DNA of 35,159 nt from Bordetella parapertussis (GTDB taxonomy: Bacteria; Pseudomonadota; Gammaproteobacteria; Burkholderiales; SG8-41): NCBI GenBank assembly GCA_945893125.1, contig CAMDDY010000003.1, positions 1-35,159 on the forward strand. Direction: 5' to 3'. The position numbers and the translations under genes were made by a program. The notes beneath the pieces were generated by a model. The model saw only the letters and a list, made by a program, of their open reading frames with translations, was not told where the DNA came from and did no database searches. Positions 35,014-35,159 of this stretch are shown here, one piece after another. Positions within the stretch are counted from its first letter, which is position 1. The number at the start of each line of letters is the position of its first letter.

Positions 35014-35159
35014 GGCGGATTCAAGTCTGAAGTGCAACCGCGTTATGATGCGAGTGTAGCTTCTTCCAGAAGACTTCGTGGGGTGTTTTGAAGCCGAGGC
35101 ATTTTCTGGGGCGATGGTTGAGGTAGTGCATGGCGGCAGAGATGTCTTTTTTGGTGATT
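35014..35159 (-). mobile_element. IS30-family insertion sequence, downstream end (rest lies outside the window)
   Basis: Terminal IR-like GGCGGATTCAAGTCTGAAGTGCAAC (35014-35038) overlaps the transposase stop. Confidence 0.85.
35021..35158 (-). CDS. IS30-family transposase, C-terminal 45 aa (partial; absent from the ORF track)
   Basis: Manual translation ITKKDISAAMHYLNHRPRKCLGFKTPHEVFWKKLHSHHNAVALQT*. LNxRPRKxLGFxTPxE and terminal VAL are IS30 hallmarks. Confidence 0.88.
   Translation of the reverse strand: MTKKDISAAMHYLNHRPRKCLGFKTPHEVFWKKLHSHHNAVALQT

Overview
GC-rich bacterial chromosome segment. A betaproteobacterium is inferred from eight orphan Bug/TctC receptors and purE/purK/sua5 linkage. 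The left end is a minus-strand cluster purE-purK-purC-sbtA-sbtB-dcd-sua5, in which an SbtAB bicarbonate-transport pair sits among HCO3-/CO2-consuming biosynthetic genes. The rest is a patchwork of carboxylate-scavenging genes: 8 Bug proteins, 2 MmgE/PrpD, an ICL/PEP-mutase-family lyase, a divergent stand-alone carboxyltransferase, an MLE-like enolase, a crotonase, an alpha-hydroxy-acid dehydrogenase and a GHL6-like glycoside hydrolase. There is also an alpha/beta hydrolase with Lys in place of the nucleophile, plus methyltransferases, GNAT, GFA, ABM and MFS genes. Non-coding highlights: (i) an unannotated ~70-nt sRNA candidate with an anti-Shine-Dalgarno loop, a perfect TGTGA-N6-TCACA box at about -41.5 and an intrinsic terminator (22860-22981); (ii) five different families of intergenic palindromic REP-like elements; (iii) a recurrent AT-rich IHF-like motif near gene ends; (iv) a 227-bp MITE-like element with 18-bp perfect terminal inverted repeats that encloses a REP doublet and abuts the end of an IS30-family element running off the window. 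All family assignments are from motif recognition by eye, not database searches.
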